A stretch of 64,000 nt of DNA from an uncultured Candidatus Saccharibacteria bacterium (GTDB lineage: Bacteria; Patescibacteriota; Minisyncoccia; Phycocordibacterales; UBA12445), in the NCBI GenBank assembly GCA_964649715.1, contig CAZYTH010000004.1, forward strand, positions 18,135 through 82,134. The letters are read 5' to 3'. Numbering within the stretch: the stretch's first letter is position 1; the number at the start of each line of letters is the position of its first letter. The translations under genes were made by a program, and so were the position numbers. Positions 60,782 through 64,000 of this stretch are shown here, piece after piece. The notes beneath the pieces are model-generated. The model made no database searches. It was given only the letters and a program-made list of their open reading frames with translations, and was not told where the DNA came from.

Positions 60782-61453
60782 TTAATTAATAGGGTGAATA
60801 TCTTTTCCTTTTAATTTATATTTTTCTATCTCCTTGTGGTTTCCAGATAAAAGCACGCTCGGAACCTTATGTTTTCTACCTTTCCATTTTAAAATCTCGG
60901 GTCTTGTATACATTTCCCCTGAAGACACCCTTTCCTCTTCAATAGATTCATTTTTTCCAAGAACCCCTTTTATCTGCCTAGAAATCGAATCGATCATAAT
61001 CATCGCAGGCAACTCCCCTCCCGTAACCACAAAAGGGCCAACAGATATTTCTTCCGCTTTTAAAATTTTCTTTACCCGTGAGTCTATGCCTTCATACCTA
61101 CCGCAGATTAAAATAATATCCCTAACGCCACTCTTGTTTTTTACAATCTTCTTAGCGAACTCATTTGTAAACTGCTCACCACGTGGTGACATTATAAATA
61201 TTTTTGCTTTCTTTCTGCCCTTAGCCCTTAGGGCTGCTTTAATTATCGGTTCCGCATACATAACCATCCCCGGGCCACCTCCATACGGCCTGTCATCAGC
61301 TTTATGATGTTTATCTATTGTAAAATCTCGCGGATTATAAAACTTAAAATTGATCAATTTATTTTCTTTTGCGCGTTTCAAAATCGACTCATTTAAATAA
61401 GAGCCGAACATTTCTGGAAAAAGCGTGATGATGTGGAAATTAATCATTGTCAA
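60782..61453 (-). CDS. trmD: tRNA (guanine37-N1)-methyltransferase
   Basis: SPOUT/TrmD motifs: ITLFPEMF, DDRPYGGGPGMVM and GRYEGIDSR. Confidence 0.85.
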   Translation of the reverse strand: MTMINFHIITLFPEMFGSYLNESILKRAKENKLINFKFYNPRDFTIDKHHKADDRPYGGGPGMVMYAEPIIKAALRAKGRKKAKIFIMSPRGEQFTNEFAKKIVKNKSGVRDIILICGRYEGIDSRVKKILKAEEISVGPFVVTGGELPAMIMIDSISRQIKGVLGKNESIEEERVSSGEMYTRPEILKWKGRKHKVPSVLLSGNHKEIEKYKLKGKDIHPIN

Positions 61454-61542
61454 ACAAATATATCAGACCATAGACTTGATATCAAGTCTATGGTACTTAT
61501 CCAATCCAAATTCGTAATTTTTAATTGATAATTTGTAATTGT

Positions 61543-63633
61543 TTAATGGCTTCCCCCGCCACCTCCACCACCACCCCCTCCGGATGATCCGCCACCCCCT
61601 GAACCACTACTGCTACCAGGGGAAGATGTTAGCGAGTCTCCAGCAAAAGAACCAAACGAATCTATTGAACTCGCGAAAACCCCTGCATTAAATGTTCCCC
61701 CCTGCACATCACTATACCAAGATGGTGGCGTTGTATAAATTCCCTCAAACTCCTTGGCCCATATTTTAGAAACACCTAGTGTCATTGCGTAAGGTAAAAG
61801 TTTTTCAAAAAGCTCAGGGCTTTTTTCGGGCGCGTTATAGAATTCTAGCCTATCTTTTTCGGCGATACGAAGATAATCAAGAAGACCTAGCAAATATTCA
61901 TATGTGACCATCCCTTTTTCGGTTTTTCGGGGCATGTAATAACCAGTAACACCAATAACTATTGCAGATAAAATGAGTGAAATTATTGTAGATACGCCAT
62001 AGTAATTATACAAATATTCCCCACCCAAAAAACAAGCAACCACCATTAGAAAACTAACGATAGTAAATTCAGAACGAAATCTGCCTGGTTTTCCCTCATA
62101 ATAACCCTTAGAAACAACGACATCACTAACCATATTTTCAATCAAAGATGCTTCTTTATAAAATTTTTCATTAAGCAAAGAAAGTCTAATTTCTCTTTTT
62201 AAAGAACCGACGGAAATTTCATTTCCCGTATCCTCTCCGACAAGATCCCTTGAGATAATTTTTGCTTTTCCTGTTAATATCGCTTTCGCAATCGAAAAAC
62301 CTAAAAATAAAACAAATAATATCGGTATCATGTATATCATTCCAAAAAGCAACAACGCTCCCATTGCAGGAATAAATTTATAAGAATCTGGTAAATAACT
62401 TCCACCCACAATTGTTATAACTGCAGTTAAAGCTACAATCGAAGTATAAACGTAGATTATTATCTTCCAAGTTTTATTTATTTTAAGCTTGGACTCTGAT
62501 ATATTCTCTCCACCCACATTCCTGATTTCTTTTTCCGCATTCTCCAACTTTCTCGTTTCTGCAAAGATTTCCTCGTCTCCAAATAATGATTCCATCAATT
62601 TTTTCTGATGTGGTGGTAAAAAAGACATATCATCCTTGGTCTTTTCTAAGCTATAATCTTCCGGCAAACCACCCAAAACACTGTTTCCTATTTTTCTTAT
62701 TTTGAGATATCCCCTAATCGCAAGCTGTATTATTTCTGCTGAGATATCATTGTTGTGGCTAATCTCATTAATAATCATTCCCACCTCCATCGGCGTAAGC
62801 CCATCTGGCACATCATATTGCGGAATAATTACTCCAGTCCCCTTTGGGTCTCGCCCTTTTGTGTACCACAGGTAAAACATCAAAAAAAATACCAGAACAG
62901 GGAGCATAAAAATCTTGTTGTCCCAAATAGCGCCTAGAATATTTTCCCACATTGTCGGTTCGTAGACTATCCCCTTCGGAAAGCCAACAGCTACAGTAAG
63001 ACCCTCTTGCGGGACATAGTTCCTCGAGGAAAAGAAAACTACCGATTCAACAAGATTGTTGTTTTTAAATAGTCTATGCGGACAACTTTCTTTACTCCCC
63101 CTGACACCCTGATAACAAGATATTTTTAGTTGGCTTTCGGGTAATGGCTTGGGCAAAACAACTTTTGCAGAAGCATAATTTATGGGCACATTCCATTCGT
63201 CACCCGTCGCATTCCAGTATATCTCATCAAAATCTTCAAAATAACCAATGGTCCCATTTACTTTGTATTTGAATATATACGGAACAACCCCATTAACGTG
63301 GGTGTCCGGATCTGGATTTGTGTCTATTCTCAAATATTTTCCATACTTATAAAATTCATAGTTATCTGTATTTACAGATACATCAGAAAAATAAAAATTA
63401 AAATTTCCATAATCCGCCTTGTATTTTCTTGGTATATCTCTATATAGACCATGAAGCTCCCTGCCATTACTTAAATTATCAAAATCGTAATTTATTTTTT
63501 CAATTACATTTATAGAAGAATCTTTGTTTACCCTGACCTCAACGTCAAAGCTCTTTATGCTTTCTCTGGCCGAAGAATAATTAAAAAAAGACAAAAAAAT
63601 AAAAACAAATAAAATTTTTTTTGTAAAATTCAT
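61543..63633 (-). CDS. DUF2207-like membrane protein with C-terminal Gly/Ser-rich tail
   Basis: Signal peptide, large extracytoplasmic domain, TM helices and a GSSSGSGGGGSSGGGGGGGGGGSH tail. Confidence 0.6.
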   Translation of the reverse strand: MNFTKKILFVFIFLSFFNYSSARESIKSFDVEVRVNKDSSINVIEKINYDFDNLSNGRELHGLYRDIPRKYKADYGNFNFYFSDVSVNTDNYEFYKYGKYLRIDTNPDPDTHVNGVVPYIFKYKVNGTIGYFEDFDEIYWNATGDEWNVPINYASAKVVLPKPLPESQLKISCYQGVRGSKESCPHRLFKNNNLVESVVFFSSRNYVPQEGLTVAVGFPKGIVYEPTMWENILGAIWDNKIFMLPVLVFFLMFYLWYTKGRDPKGTGVIIPQYDVPDGLTPMEVGMIINEISHNNDISAEIIQLAIRGYLKIRKIGNSVLGGLPEDYSLEKTKDDMSFLPPHQKKLMESLFGDEEIFAETRKLENAEKEIRNVGGENISESKLKINKTWKIIIYVYTSIVALTAVITIVGGSYLPDSYKFIPAMGALLLFGMIYMIPILFVLFLGFSIAKAILTGKAKIISRDLVGEDTGNEISVGSLKREIRLSLLNEKFYKEASLIENMVSDVVVSKGYYEGKPGRFRSEFTIVSFLMVVACFLGGEYLYNYYGVSTIISLILSAIVIGVTGYYMPRKTEKGMVTYEYLLGLLDYLRIAEKDRLEFYNAPEKSPELFEKLLPYAMTLGVSKIWAKEFEGIYTTPPSWYSDVQGGTFNAGVFASSIDSFGSFAGDSLTSSPGSSSGSGGGGSSGGGGGGGGGGSH

Positions 63634-63702
63634 AAAAAGTAATAATTGATCTATAATTATACTATTATATTGATTGTAAGATATTTTTAAAATTATTTAA
63701 AC

Positions 63703-64000
63703 ATGTCATTTAATCCAGAAGAAGATTTCAAAAAATTAAAACAAGCAGGTGGCGGAACAAATAGGTTTGAGGCTTATGTTGATTTTATGCAAAAAAGAAA
63801 AGAACAAAAAGAAAAAACAACTCACCTAATCGATGATTTAATAAAAAGAATAATTTCTGAACCTGAATTAAAAATAGAAGACATAAAGAGATATGCAGAA
63901 CAAAAAATTAAAGACATCGGCTTACCAGGAAAACAAAGAGAAAAAATTTTTAGGGGGATAAGGGAATACGAAAAGAGAAGTAAGGAAATAAAAAGACTTA
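63703..64000 (+). CDS. hypothetical protein, 3'-truncated at window edge
   Basis: ATG at 63703, then 99 sense codons with no stop before the window ends. Lys/Glu-rich. Confidence 0.3.
   Translation, partial: MSFNPEEDFKKLKQAGGGTNRFEAYVDFMQKRKEQKEKTTHLIDDLIKRIISEPELKIEDIKRYAEQKIKDIGLPGKQREKIFRGIREYEKRSKEIKRL

Noticed and set aside
1-64000. CRISPR array near the Cas4-like genes or elsewhere
   Set aside because: No series of regularly spaced direct repeats of 25-40 bp was found anywhere in the window, and no cas1/cas2 or effector genes are present.
1-64000. Alternative genetic code (UGA = Gly, as in Gracilibacteria/SR1)
   Set aside because: Conserved genes such as dnaX terminate at TGA exactly where homologues end, and long ORFs are intact under code 11.

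Overview
This is a low-GC (about 33%) bacterial chromosomal segment with standard stop-codon usage (TGA, TAA and TAG terminate long, well-conserved ORFs, so genetic code 11). Gene content and gene sizes resemble a small-genome, CPR/Parcubacteria-like organism: short dnaX, short rpoB, compact aaRS genes. Most of the window is housekeeping: six aaRS genes (argS partial, asnS, leuS, trpS, aspS, gltX), rpoB-rpoC, dnaG-rpoD, scpA-scpB, a dacA-like/mraY/ftsW/murG cell-wall block, dnaX, truB, trmD, dut, cdaA, mscL, an ECF-sigma/anti-sigma plus HlyD-MacB-type efflux operon, two GT4 glycosyltransferases, a Pif1-like helicase and AlkD. Six features are not housekeeping. (1) leuS carries an inserted domain of about 145 aa with a perfect Nudix box, between the CP1 editing domain and the catalytic core. 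(2) Two tandem divergent Cas4-family PD-(D/E)XK/Fe-S nuclease paralogs sit with no CRISPR-cas nearby, next to small Cys/His-rich proteins and a P-loop kinase. (3) A higher-GC island (about 27.9-30.3 kb) holds a complete IS481-like insertion sequence with imperfect 26-bp terminal inverted repeats and a 5-bp target duplication, flanked by two cassette-like genes for small secreted proteins that share strong SD sites and near-identical terminator hairpins. (4) tRNA-Gln(UUG) is followed by a GC-rich element of about 190 bp, bounded by a 15-bp direct repeat of the tRNA 3' end. (5) A compositionally atypical Trp-rich gene (about 48% GC) sits behind a near-consensus sigma70 promoter. (6) There is a second TruB-like paralog and a PLD-like protein with a degenerate HKD motif. 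No CRISPR array and no rRNA were seen.
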